Source: an uncultured Acidimicrobiia bacterium (GTDB lineage: Bacteria > Actinomycetota > Acidimicrobiia > Acidimicrobiales > AC-14). Taken from it: a stretch of 64,000 nucleotides of DNA. The position numbers were made by a program, and so were the translations under genes. The notes under the pieces are model-generated. The model did no database searches, was not told where the DNA came from, and was given only the letters and a program-made list of their open reading frames with translations. Positions 19,472 through 29,297 of this stretch are shown here, piece by piece (within the stretch, counting starts at the first letter, position 1; each line of letters opens with the position of its first letter). The stretch is taken from contig CAWIIV010000006.1 of the NCBI GenBank assembly GCA_963836205.1, positions 608,001 through 672,000 on the forward strand. The letters are read 5' to 3'.

Positions 19472-20011
19472 ATGGCGCGGAAATTCCGGACCGTCGTTTT
19501 CGCATCCTGCCTGCTCCTGACCTTGTTGGCGCCGAGACCCGCTTCGGCTGCCGCTCCCCGCCTTGTCGACCTGACGTGTCTTTTCAGCGCGACGATCAAT
19601 TTCAACCCCGGATTGACGCTCTCTTCCCAATCCGTGCAGATATCCGGCTCGGTTGCCGCCGGCTCATCGATGTCGCCGAAACTCCCCTGCTTCTCGGTGA
19701 CGGGTGTTCGCTACACCGGTGCGAGCGCCCCCGTGAGCGGTACTGGGACGCTCGGTTGTGTGACCACGGGCGCCTCGGCCAGCGTCAAAGGCACATTGCC
19801 GGTGACGTGGAACAACGGTGACACGTCCACGATCACGTGGAGCGTGACGGTGGGCGGACCACTGCCGACGGTTTCGGCGAAAGTCACTTCCGGTCAGCTC
19901 AACGGGACGAGCATCGTCGTCCTACCCTTACCGACCCGCCTGGATGGCAGCTGCCTGACTCCGCTCAAGAGCGTTTCCTTCATTGGCGTCCTGACGTTCC
20001 TCGGCCTGTAG
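19472..20011 (+). CDS. Secreted beta-rich hypothetical protein with Cys pairs
   Basis: Signal peptide ending PASAAA; GAGGAG RBS; lower-GC codon usage than neighbours. Confidence 0.8.
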   Translation: MARKFRTVVFASCLLLTLLAPRPASAAAPRLVDLTCLFSATINFNPGLTLSSQSVQISGSVAAGSSMSPKLPCFSVTGVRYTGASAPVSGTGTLGCVTTGASASVKGTLPVTWNNGDTSTITWSVTVGGPLPTVSAKVTSGQLNGTSIVVLPLPTRLDGSCLTPLKSVSFIGVLTFLGL

Positions 20012-20064
20012 GAGCTGCTCGAAGCCGACCTCGGCACGCAGGGTCCGCACGGGCCCGAGCACGG

Positions 20065-20250
20065 CTACTCGGCTCGTGACAGGCAGGTTCGGCCGGCGCG
20101 GCCCAGTGCCGCCCCGAGCACTCCGAACGGCATCCAGAAGAGTGGGAGCAGGACTAGGAGGACGGTGAAATTCAGGATGTTCTCGTCGACGGCGTCGAGC
20201 GGCACTCCGTCGCCGGCAAGGATCAGGCTGGAGTCGGCCCGGGTAAGTCC
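20065..20250 (-). pseudogene. Possible C-terminal remnant of a membrane protein
   Basis: ENILNFTVLLVLLPLFWMPFGVLGAALG hydrophobic stretch; no convincing start. Confidence 0.35.
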
Positions 20251-20432
20251 ACGTCGCGGGCCTTGGTCGGGGTGTCGACGGCATTGGCCCGGTCTGTGTC
20301 GGTCAGGACAGGAGTGGGAACGTCCTCGTCGCGTCGGAGAAGCGTCGACGGCAGGAAGCAGAGAGTCGAGCTCCGCCACACGCCCCGCCAGGGTGCCCTC
20401 ACGCGTTTGGGCCAATCCCCGTGATGGGCGAG

Positions 20433-21035
20433 CTACGGGCGGGGCAACACCTGGTCGACGAGGGCGGGAACGGCGGCGGGGTCGAAGGGCTCGTGCAGCA
20501 AGAGCCGGCGCACGATCAAGGGTCCGATGAGGCACTCGGCCAGGACCACGAGGTCGACGTTGGCCGAGATCTCACCCGCCGTCACCCCCTCGGCCAACAG
20601 GTTCACCAGGATCTGGCGCCTCTCGCGGGCGAGCCGGCAGTGGACGGCGAGTATCTCCGGGTCGCGCTCGGCGGCGTCGATGATGGCGGGCAGGCAGGAC
20701 GACCAGGTGGAGTCGGCCAGGCCGGTGGCGATCGCCTGGAGCAGGACGGTGACCCGCGCCCGCACCGACCCGCCCGGGGGGGCACCGACGATGGGCTTGA
20801 GGGTGCGGATGGCGTCCTCGATCAGCTCGAGCTTGCCCGGCCAGTGGCGGTAGACGGTGCTCTTGCCGACCCCGGCCTTGGCCGCCACCGCCTCCATGGT
20901 GAGGCCCCCGCACCCGACCTCGGCCATGAGGTCGAGGGCGGCGGCGAGGATGACGCGGCGGGACCGCTCGACCCGGGGGTCGACGGCACCGGCGCCGGCG
21001 GCGGCAGCGGCAGCAGGAGCGGCGGGGACGTTCAG
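20433..21035 (-). CDS. TetR/AcrR-family regulator; probable CTG start overlapping the MFS stop
   Basis: DPRVERSRRVILAAALDL...LTMEAVAAKAGVGKSTVYRHW helix-turn-helix. Confidence 0.9.
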   Translation of the reverse strand: MNVPAAPAAAAAAGAGAVDPRVERSRRVILAAALDLMAEVGCGGLTMEAVAAKAGVGKSTVYRHWPGKLELIEDAIRTLKPIVGAPPGGSVRARVTVLLQAIATGLADSTWSSCLPAIIDAAERDPEILAVHCRLARERRQILVNLLAEGVTAGEISANVDLVVLAECLIGPLIVRRLLLHEPFDPAAVPALVDQVLPRP

Positions 21036-22630
21036 GCCCCCACCGCCGTCCGCTCGGACTCGACCCGATCGCCGTCGGCGGTGGCCGCGTCCTCCGTCTG
21101 CCGGCTGAACACCACGAACACCACGACCGCCGCGGCCAGCGCCAAACCGGCCGCCACCGTGCTGGTGAGGTTGAAGGCGTCGGTGAAGGCGGTACCGGCC
21201 CGGGCCGCCAGCTCGGCGCCACCCCGTCCCGCCTGCTCGGCGATCACGGTGGCCGCGCCCACCGACTCGGTGGCGGCGTCACGCACCTGGGGCGGCAGGG
21301 AGAGGCCGTCGAGGTCGACCGAGGTCCGGTAGAAGGCGCTGGCGATGCTGCCCAGGACGGCGATGCCGAGGGCCCCGCCCACCTCCCGGGTGGTGTCGTT
21401 GACGGCCGAGCCCACGCCCGCCTTGGCCGGGGGGACGGCGCTCATGATGCTGCCGGTGGCCGGCGCCGCGGTGAGGCTCATGCCCGCCCCCAGCAGGACC
21501 AGGGCGAGGGCCAGCACCGCGTACGGGGTGTCGGGCCCGATCAGGCCCAGCACGCCGAAGCCGGCGGCGATGAGGACGAACCCGCCCGCCATGACCTTGC
21601 CCGTACCCACCTTCTCGGCCAGGGCCGCGCTGCGGGGGGCGATGGCGATCAGGGCCACCGCCAGGGGCAGGGTGGACAGGCCCGCGCTCAGCGGCGAGTA
21701 GCCCCGCACGAACTGCAGATAGAGGGTGAACAGGAAGAACAGGCCGAACATGATGAAGAAGGCCACGGTGACGACGGCGCTGCCCACGCTCATACGCCGG
21801 TCCTTGAACAGGCGCAGGGGCAGCATCGGGTAGCGGGTGCGCCGCTCCCAGGCCAGGAAGCCGACAAGGCCCACCGCGGCGAAGGCGAACGCGGCCAGCA
21901 CGACCGTGCTCGTCCAGCCCTTCTCCGGGCCCTCGATGATGCCGTAGACGAGCGCGCCCAGGCCGACCAGAGAGAGCCCGGCGCCGACCGGGTCGAGGGG
22001 GGTGGCCTCCGGGTCCTTCGACGTGGGTGAGAACACCGCCACCGCAAGTACCACCAGGGCCACGATGGGGATGTTCACCAGGAAGGCCGATCCCCACCAG
22101 AACTTCTCCAGCAGGGCGCCCGAGACGATGGGCCCCAGGGCGCCGCCGGCACCGGCGAACCCGGCCCACATGGCGATGGCCTTGCGCCGCTCGTGGGGCG
22201 GGAAGATGGTGGTGAGCAGCGACAACGTGGCCGGCATGACGAAGGCGGCACCGAGACCGGTGATGATCCGGCCCACGATGACCTGGCCCGCACCGGTGCC
22301 GAGACCGCCCACGAGGGAGCCGGCGGCGAACACCACCAGGCCGAAGATGAGCGCCCGCTTGCGCCCGAACCGGTCACCCAGGGCGCCGGCGGGCAGGAGC
22401 AGGGCGGCGAAGACCAGGGCGTAGGAGTCGACGATCCACTGGAGGGCGCTGGCGCCGGAGCCGAGCTCCCGCTGCATGCTGGGCAGGGCCACGTTGAGCC
22501 CCGACACCGACATGACCACCATCACCAGCGACAGGCACATGATGCCCAGCAGGAACCACCGCCGACGGTGGACCACCGGGTCCTCGTGGAGAAGTCCGGT
22601 TGGCGGGGTGGGCTCACGCAACTCGGTCAT
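21032..22630 (-). CDS. DHA2-family (14-TM) MFS efflux transporter
   Basis: LNVALPS, WIVDSYAL, GALGDRFGRKR, MPATLS. Confidence 0.93.
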   Translation of the reverse strand: MTELREPTPPTGLLHEDPVVHRRRWFLLGIMCLSLVMVVMSVSGLNVALPSMQRELGSGASALQWIVDSYALVFAALLLPAGALGDRFGRKRALIFGLVVFAAGSLVGGLGTGAGQVIVGRIITGLGAAFVMPATLSLLTTIFPPHERRKAIAMWAGFAGAGGALGPIVSGALLEKFWWGSAFLVNIPIVALVVLAVAVFSPTSKDPEATPLDPVGAGLSLVGLGALVYGIIEGPEKGWTSTVVLAAFAFAAVGLVGFLAWERRTRYPMLPLRLFKDRRMSVGSAVVTVAFFIMFGLFFLFTLYLQFVRGYSPLSAGLSTLPLAVALIAIAPRSAALAEKVGTGKVMAGGFVLIAAGFGVLGLIGPDTPYAVLALALVLLGAGMSLTAAPATGSIMSAVPPAKAGVGSAVNDTTREVGGALGIAVLGSIASAFYRTSVDLDGLSLPPQVRDAATESVGAATVIAEQAGRGGAELAARAGTAFTDAFNLTSTVAAGLALAAAVVVFVVFSRQTEDAATADGDRVESERTAVGA

Positions 22631-22642
22631 GGAGGGTCCTTT

Positions 22643-22681
22643 CGACACGCCAACGTCTCGCTACGAGACGCGAACGTATCA
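22643..22681. promoter_or_regulatory. Tandem palindromic operators, probably for the TetR regulator
   Basis: CGACACG-N4-CGTCTCG (22643-22660) and CGAGACG-N4-CGTATCA (22664-22681), immediately upstream of the MFS RBS. Confidence 0.7.
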
Positions 22682-22746
22682 GAAGTTCCCGATACCAGTG
22701 GCGGGCGCCGTCAGTCGCTGACGACGCCCGCCTCCGGCCCTGCTGT

Positions 22747-23919
22747 CTACGGCCGCCAGGTCAGCTGCTTGTCGCTGGCGTTGCCGTAGCTGAACGAGGC
22801 GTCGGCCACGCCCGTGGTGTTGGAGTTGCGGAGATACCAGGTGTTGCCGCGGACGACACCCGGTGTCACCGAGTCGTTCCCGTCCCAATCGCCGGGCACG
22901 GCCTTGTCGGTGGAGTTGCCGTAGGTGAAGTTGCTGTCGGCTGCGCCCTGGCTGTTGGAATTGCGGATGTACCAGACGCTCGCACGCACGACGCCGGGAG
23001 TGTCCGAACCGCTGCTGTCCCAGTCGCCCACGACCGGGACGTCACCCGGATTGCCGTAAATGAAGGAGATGTCGGCTGCGCCCTGGCTGTTGGTGTTGCG
23101 CAGGTAGAACGTGCCGTTGCGGACGACGCCGGGGGTGACGGTGCCGTTGCCGTCCCAGTCACCTGCGATGGGCGTATCGCCCGGGTTGCCGTAGATGAAC
23201 GTCACGTCGGCCGCGCCGGTGGAGTTGGCGTTGCGCAGGTACCAGGTGCCGGCCCGCACCACGCCCGGGGTCACCGAGCCGTTGCCGTCCCAGTCTCCGG
23301 TGATGGGGATGTCGCCGGTGGGGTTGCCGTAGACGAAGACGGTGTCGGCGTTGCCCGTGGTCTGGCTGTTGCGCAGGTACCAGGTGTCGGCCCGCACCAC
23401 GAGGGGCCGGTCGCGCTTGGGTCCCGCGGGCGGGATCGTCGAGGTCGTGGTCGAGCTGGTGCTGCTCGTGCTGCTGCTGCTGGTGGTCGTGGCGCCGACG
23501 ACGGTGGTGCTGGTGGTCGTGGTGGCGCCCGGCGTCGTGGTGGTCGTGGTGGTGGAGGTGCTCGACGTGGTGGTGGTGGCGTTGACGCAGGAGCTGAACA
23601 CGGCCGAGTCGACCTCTTGGCCCACGACCACGACGACGGCGTTGACGCTCTTGGGAACCGCCTTCTCGATGGAGCTGCTTGCGGGGACGGTGAACGCGAT
23701 CGGCGGCCCCGCTCCTTGGATGGTGCCCGTCACCGACGTGGTCCGCTGGTTGTTGAGGACGACGAAGTTGGTCGTCTCGGCACCGGTGCCACAGCGAGGC
23801 GTCACGGTCAGCTGGGCGATCGCCGCGTTCGCCATCGTCGGGAGAAGCAGGAACCCGACGGCGACCATTGTCGCCAGACACACTGCCCTCATAGTCCGAA
23901 ATCGAGTGGACCGATCCAT
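22747..23919 (-). CDS. Secreted protein: small beta domain, Thr/Ser linker, GDWDGNG repeat domain
   Basis: Signal peptide (ANA), poly-Thr/Ser tract, five WYLRN...GDWD repeats. Confidence 0.85.
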   Translation of the reverse strand: MDRSTRFRTMRAVCLATMVAVGFLLLPTMANAAIAQLTVTPRCGTGAETTNFVVLNNQRTTSVTGTIQGAGPPIAFTVPASSSIEKAVPKSVNAVVVVVGQEVDSAVFSSCVNATTTTSSTSTTTTTTTPGATTTTSTTVVGATTTSSSSTSSTSSTTTSTIPPAGPKRDRPLVVRADTWYLRNSQTTGNADTVFVYGNPTGDIPITGDWDGNGSVTPGVVRAGTWYLRNANSTGAADVTFIYGNPGDTPIAGDWDGNGTVTPGVVRNGTFYLRNTNSQGAADISFIYGNPGDVPVVGDWDSSGSDTPGVVRASVWYIRNSNSQGAADSNFTYGNSTDKAVPGDWDGNDSVTPGVVRGNTWYLRNSNTTGVADASFSYGNASDKQLTWRP

Positions 23920-23962
23920 CTTCACCCTGCCTTCCGCTTGTCCGATTCGATCGAATTCAACG

Positions 23963-25687
23963 TCATGCACTGCGCCACGTCAGTGGCTTGTCGCCGGAGT
24001 TGCCGTAGCCGAAGCTGACGTCGGCCGTGCCCGTGGTGTTGGAGTTGCGGACGAACCAGGTGCCGGCGCGCACGACGCCTGGGGTGGTGGCGCCGTTGCC
24101 GTCCCAGTCGCCCGGCAGCGGGATGTCGGTGGGGTTGCCGTAGCCGAAGGTGGCGTCGGCCGTCCCGGTGCTGTTGGAGTTGCGCAGGAACCAGGTGCCG
24201 TTGCGGACGACGCCCGGGGTGGCCGAGCCGGTGCTGTCCCAGTCGCCGACGACCGGGAGGTCGCCCGGGTTGCCATACGTGAAGGAGACGTCGGCCACGC
24301 CCGTCGTGTTGGCGTTGCGCAGGTACCAGGTGCTGCCCCGGACGACCCCGGGGGTGACGGTTCCGTTCCCGTCCCAATCGCCTGCGATCGGCGTGTCGCC
24401 CGGGTCGCCGTAGGTGAGGGTCACGTCGGCGACGCCGGTGGAGTTGGCGTTGCGCAGGTACCAGGTGTTGCCCCGCACCACGCCCGGTGTGGCCGAGCCG
24501 TTGCCGTCCCAGTCGCCGGTGACCGCCGTGTCACCGGTGGGGTTGCCGTAGTCGAACACGACGTCGGCGGTGCCGGCGGTGGCGGTGTTGCGCAGGTACC
24601 ACTTGCCCGACCGCACGACGAGGGGCCGGGCCTTCTTGTCGACCGTCCCCGGCACCGTGGTGGTGGTCGACGTGCTGGTGCTGGAGGTACTGGAGGTGCT
24701 GCTGGTGCTGCTGGTGCTGCTGGTGCTGGTGGTGGTGCTGGAGGTCACCGGCGACCCGCCCAGTGGCTGCCAGTCGGGCGAGGTGGCGCCGGCCCCGCTG
24801 ATCACCTTGGCCAAGGCGTTGCCCGGGATGTTGTAGCCGTAGAGGCCGTCGCCCTCGGGACCGCCGGTGAGCCGGAAGAAGATGATGTTGCCGTCGGGCG
24901 ACCACGTGGGCTCGGCCACCAGGCAGCCGCCGTCGGGCACGTCGTCGGGGCTGGCGCCGCTGGAGGAGATCCGGAAGATCCGGCTGTCGCACCCGGCCGC
25001 CTCGGCGGTGAAGACGATGCTCGACCCGTTGGGCGACCACTTGGGTGTGACCAGGTTGTCGTAGGGCTTGGCGTCGGGGGAGGTGGTGCCCGTGAGGGGG
25101 ATGACGTCGGTGCCGTCGGCCTTCATGCTGTAGATCCCCGAGCCGCCCTCGCCGTCGCCCCGCTGGAAGACGATCCGCTCGCCGTTGGGGGACCACTCGG
25201 GGGCGCGGTCGTCGGTGTCGGTGCCGAGGGCGTCGCCGTTGGTGAGCTGGGCCAGTCCGCCGGACCCGTCGGCGTTGATGACGAAGAGCCGGTACTCGCC
25301 GCCGACCCGGTCGCTGGAGAAGACGATGCGGTTGTTGTCGGGCGACCACGCGGGCTGGACGTCGTCGGCCGCGTTGCTGGTGAGGTTGGCGACGAAGGAG
25401 CCGTTGGCGGCCACCTTGAAGACGTCACCGTTGCTGTTGACCTGGCGGTCGAACGTCAGCCACGCCCCGTCCACCGACCACGCAGGGTGGTCGGCGTCGT
25501 CGAGAAACTTGGCCGGGCTGGTGCCGTTGGGCAGCGCGGTCCACAGGTCGCCGTCCTGGATCCAGGCGATGAGGCCGTTGGCGCCGGGGAAGGTGGCCTG
25601 GCTCTGGGGCACCACGACGCCCAGCGCGACGGCCACGACGACCCCCGCGGCGACCTTGATCCGAGTTGCTATTGCCCGCATGCGCAC
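23963..25687 (-). CDS. Secreted TolB-like (PD40/WD40-like) propeller protein with Thr/Ser linker and GDWDGNG repeat domain
   Basis: FPGANGLIA, repeated PxWSPDG, and the same C-terminal repeats as 22747..23919. Confidence 0.88.
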   Translation of the reverse strand: MRMRAIATRIKVAAGVVVAVALGVVVPQSQATFPGANGLIAWIQDGDLWTALPNGTSPAKFLDDADHPAWSVDGAWLTFDRQVNSNGDVFKVAANGSFVANLTSNAADDVQPAWSPDNNRIVFSSDRVGGEYRLFVINADGSGGLAQLTNGDALGTDTDDRAPEWSPNGERIVFQRGDGEGGSGIYSMKADGTDVIPLTGTTSPDAKPYDNLVTPKWSPNGSSIVFTAEAAGCDSRIFRISSSGASPDDVPDGGCLVAEPTWSPDGNIIFFRLTGGPEGDGLYGYNIPGNALAKVISGAGATSPDWQPLGGSPVTSSTTTSTSSTSSTSSTSSTSSTSTSTTTTVPGTVDKKARPLVVRSGKWYLRNTATAGTADVVFDYGNPTGDTAVTGDWDGNGSATPGVVRGNTWYLRNANSTGVADVTLTYGDPGDTPIAGDWDGNGTVTPGVVRGSTWYLRNANTTGVADVSFTYGNPGDLPVVGDWDSTGSATPGVVRNGTWFLRNSNSTGTADATFGYGNPTDIPLPGDWDGNGATTPGVVRAGTWFVRNSNTTGTADVSFGYGNSGDKPLTWRSA

Positions 25688-25839
25688 CCCCTGCGGCCCT
25701 GTCGGCCAGACCGCGGTCCGGCGAACCGATGGGCCACCCTAACGATCGAGTCTGGTTCCCGCCATCGCGACACCCACTGTCCCTAGACGCCCGGTCGCTG
25801 GGGATGGTTCCGAAGAGGCTGTGGACGTCCTGGGGGTAA

Positions 25840-26163
25840 CTAGGAATCGAAGTGGAAAGCCAGCCAACTGGTGCCTTCGTCGACGCTCATCAGGCGATGG
25901 GGCACGTGGGCCGGGAGGACAACCCAGTCGCCGGCTGCGAGCTCGACTGTCTGGCCGTCGACGTCGAGGGTGGCGTTGCCGGCGAGGATGGCCACCCATT
26001 CGTCGCGGTCTCCGAGGTAATCCACCGGCGTGTCCACCCGGCCGCTGAGGATCTGCTCGACGACGGGCCGGCCGTCGGTCGTGTCGACGAGGAGATCGAA
26101 CCGCTCGCCGTCGGTGGGAGCGTCCGAGGGCGGCCGCAGCCGACCCCGCCGGACCTCACTCAC
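25840..26163 (-). CDS. Cupin-domain protein
   Basis: VEQILSG...DEWVAILAGNATL...LAAGDWVVLPAHVPHR. Confidence 0.85.
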   Translation of the reverse strand: MSEVRRGRLRPPSDAPTDGERFDLLVDTTDGRPVVEQILSGRVDTPVDYLGDRDEWVAILAGNATLDVDGQTVELAAGDWVVLPAHVPHRLMSVDEGTSWLAFHFDS

Positions 26164-26171
26164 GGTGACGG

Positions 26172-26915
26172 TCAGCCCTTGTTGGCCCCGTGGGCCCGGA
26201 CGTAGTCGTTGACCTCGTAGTACGCGTCGATCGACTCGCCCGCGTCGCCCCAGAAACCGTCGAGGACGTCGTACTCGATGGCCTGCTGGTCGACGTACCA
26301 GTTGTTGACGTCGGTGATCTCCAACTCGCCCCGGCCGGAGGGGACGAGGGTGGTGATGATCTCGAACACCGACTGGTCGTAGAAGTAGATGCCGGTGACG
26401 GCGTAGTCGCTGGCGGGGGTGTCGGGCTTCTCGACGATGCGGAGGACGCGGCCGTCGAGGGCGAGCTCGGGGACGCCGAGGTGGCTGAGGTGGGCCGGGT
26501 CCTCGACCTTGGAGAGGAGGATGCGGGCGCCCTTGGGTTGGGCGCGGAAGTTGTCGACCGCCATGCGGATGGACCGGCCCACGATGTTGTCGGCCAACAT
26601 CACCACCACTTTGTCGCCGTCGACGAACCGCTCGGCGAGGGAAAGGGCCTCGGCGATGCCGCCGGCGCGCTCCTGGTAGGCGTAGGAAAGGCGCTGAATG
26701 CCCCACTCGTTGCCGTTGCCGAGGAGCCGGAGGAACTCCCCCGCGTGGGTGCCGCCGGTGACCATCATGATCTCGTCGACGCCGGCGGTGACGAGGGCCT
26801 CGATGGCGTAGGTGACCATCGGCCGGTCGTAAATCGGCAAAAGGTGCTTGTTGGTGATGCGGGTCAGGGGATGCATCCGGGTACCGGTCCCGCCCGCGAG
26901 GATCACGCCTTTCAC
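26172..26915 (-). CDS. rmlA: Glucose-1-phosphate thymidylyltransferase (short RmlA/SpsI-like form)
   Basis: GVILAGGTGTRMHPLT..TNKHLLPIYDRPM, IVEKP, RGELEITD. Confidence 0.9.
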   Translation of the reverse strand: MKGVILAGGTGTRMHPLTRITNKHLLPIYDRPMVTYAIEALVTAGVDEIMMVTGGTHAGEFLRLLGNGNEWGIQRLSYAYQERAGGIAEALSLAERFVDGDKVVVMLADNIVGRSIRMAVDNFRAQPKGARILLSKVEDPAHLSHLGVPELALDGRVLRIVEKPDTPASDYAVTGIYFYDQSVFEIITTLVPSGRGELEITDVNNWYVDQQAIEYDVLDGFWGDAGESIDAYYEVNDYVRAHGANKG

Positions 26916-26959
26916 GGAGCCGAGACGTTAGCCCGCCCGCCGGGCGGCCCAAGAGGCGC

Positions 26960-27450
26960 GGCGCGGGTGGGCGGGGGGCGAACGGGGGGCCGTCGGCGCC
27001 GTGCGCGGGGGGCCGGGCGAGCGGGGGCGCGGGGGCGTGAGGCGGGGGCGCCGTGTGCGGGGGCGTGAGGCGGGGGCGCAAGGCGGGGGCGCCGTCGGCG
27101 CCGTGCGGGGGCGTGAGGCGGGGGCGCCTTGTGCGGCGTCGTGAGGCGGGGGCGCAAGGCGGGGGCCGCGAGGGCGGCGCGGGCCGTCGTCCTCCTTCCC
27201 TCTACATCCACGAGCCGTACCACTCGGGATCACGGCCACCTCGCCGGGACCCCCTCGGCACCAAGGGTTCTCGGCCGCCCCGCCCACGGTCGCCCCGCCC
27301 ATGGTCGCCGCGCCCACGGTCGCCCCGCTCGCCCCTCCGCTCTCCCCCGCCGCTCCGCTCTCCCCGCTCGCCCGCTCGCCCGCTCCGCTCTCCCCGCTCG
27401 CCCGCTCCGCTCTCCCCGCCGCCCGGCCGCCCCGCTGACCCCGCCGCCCG
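26960..27450. repeat. Low-complexity repeats: G-rich GCGTGAGGCGGGGGCGC (about 4 copies), then C-rich CGCTCCGCTCTCCCCGC and CGCCCACGGTCGCC units
   Basis: Directly visible between rmlA and the HNH gene promoter. Confidence 0.85.
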
Positions 27451-27523
27451 GCCTGCAACCTCGCCGCCGGCGTGAATGGGCCCGCGACCGACCAATGCTG
27501 CTCAGAAATGCACCTCCACATTC

Positions 27524-27552
27524 TTGACAACCGAACATGTGTTCGATAGCAT
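27524..27552 (+). promoter_or_regulatory. Sigma70-type promoter with a LexA (SOS) box in the spacer
   Basis: TTGACA (27524) - 17 bp - TAGCAT (27547); CGAAC-ATGT-GTTCG at 27532-27545; the ATG lies 7 nt after the -10 box. Confidence 0.9.
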
Positions 27553-27558
27553 GAGGGT

Positions 27559-28729
27559 ATGTCGGAAGGGTCGACGGGGGGCAGGCTGGCAGAGGTTGTG
27601 ACGATGCTGCGCGAGATGGTGTCGGGCTTCGAGCCGGGTGCGCTCGACGGGCCGGCGGCGGTGGAGGCGCTGGGGCTGTTCGGCGAGGTCGAGCGGCTGG
27701 GGGCGGCGGGGGTGGCGCTGGCCGGGGGACGGGTGGAGGCGACCCGGGCCTGGCAGGGCTCGGGGACTCGTTCGGCGGCGCATTTCGTGGCGTTGCGCTG
27801 TGGTTCGTCGGTGCGCTCGGCGGTGGTGGCGCTGGAAACGGCCCGCCGGCTGGAGTCGCTGCCGGCGACGGAGGAGGCCCTGCGTTCCGGGAAGGATGTC
27901 CCTGGCCCAGGCGAAGGAGGTCGCCTCGGTCGCCGGGGAACGGCCCGAGCGCGAGGCCGAGCTGGTGGCGGCGGCGTCTTCGGCGACCTTGCCGGCGTTG
28001 CAGGAGCGGTGCCGGGCGGTGCGGGCCGAGGGAACGGCGGCTTCCGAGGGCTACCGACGAGTCCACCAGCAGCGCTTCCTGCGGCACTGGAGCGACGAGG
28101 AGGGGGCGTTTCGCCTGGAGGCCCGGCTCTGTCCCGACACCGGGGCCAAGCTGCTGGCCGCGCTGGAGGTCCACCAGCGGCGGATCTTCGCCACCGCCCG
28201 GGGCGAGGGCCGCCGAGAGCCCTACGAGGCCTACGCGGCCGACGCCCTGGTGGCGCTGGCCTGCGGGGAGGCGGAGCGAAGGGGCCCGGTGCCGGTGGTG
28301 CACGTCCGGGTCGACCACGCGGCGCTGGTCCGGGGCCACGTGGAGGAGGGTGAGGTGTGCGACATCCCGGGGCTGGGCCCCATCCCGGTGGCCACCGCCC
28401 GGGCCCTGGCCACCGACGGCGTGTTGAAGGTGCTGGTGACCAGGGGCGTCGACGTGGTGGCGGTGGCCCACGGGGGACGGACCGTCCCCGCCCACGTGCG
28501 CTCGGCGCTGGAGGCGAGAGACCCCAAGTGCGTCGTCCCCGGCTGCGACGTGGGGGAGCGCCTGGAGATCGACCACCTCGTCTCCTTCGCCGAGGGTGGT
28601 CCCACCACGCTGGAGAACCTGGCCCGGCTCTGCCACCGCCACCACGCCCTCAAGACCCACCAGGGCTGGGTCCTGGCCGGCCGCCCGGGAGCCTGGACAT
28701 GGGACCCACCACCGGAGATGCCACCGTGA
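27559..28729 (+). CDS. DUF222-HNH endonuclease (13E12/Rv1128c-like); +1 frameshift at about 27893
   Basis: N-terminal DUF222-like helices; RDPKCVVPGC...EIDHL...GGPTTLENLARLCHRHHALKT. Confidence 0.88.
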
Positions 28730-28959
28730 GGTGCCGGGTGAGGGCTGGCCGGAACGCCGGTTCCATGTCCATGGCTCCAACGCGCCTCAAAGCCGGTTGA
28801 CGGTGGACGAGCCCAGGTCGAGATCGGACGGGGCGGGGTCGGGCCGGGGCGGCGTTCGGCCGGGTCGTGGGGTGCAGGGGGTCGGGTCGGACCGTGGTTG
28901 GGCCGGGCCGGGGGCGTGGTCGGGGGTGGTCGGGCCGGACGGGTGGTGCCGGGGCGGGG

Positions 28960-29185
28960 GTGGTGCCCGGTCGTGGTGGCGCCGGTCGCGGTGGTGGCCG
29001 GTTGTGGTGATGCCCGATCACGGTGGCGCCCGGTCGTGGTGATGCCCGGTCGGGATGCCGGTCGGTGGTGGCCGGTTGTGGTGGCGCCGGTCGCGGTGGT
29101 GGCCGGTTGTGGTGATGCCCGATCACGGTGGTGGCCGGTTGTGGTGGCGCCGGTCGCGGTAGTGGCCGGTCGCGGTGGTGCCGGC
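28960..29185. repeat. Tandem repeat of about 16-bp units (GGTGGTGGCCGGTYGY) with a higher-order duplication
   Basis: GGTGGCGCCGGTCGCGGTGGTGGCCGGTTGTGGTGATGCCCGATCAC occurs twice, plus partial units. Confidence 0.85.
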
Positions 29186-29297
29186 GGCGGGGCCCGCGGG
29201 GGTGCGATGGGACCGAGGGATCGCGCCGCATCTGGGCCGCGGTGGGCCGGTAGCTTGGGAATCGTGGTTGATCGTCGTCGATGGAGACGGGGTCCCG

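Noticed and set aside
23440-24745. Trinucleotide-like GTG/CTG repeats as microsatellites
   Set aside because: They are the Thr/Ser linker codons of two secreted proteins.
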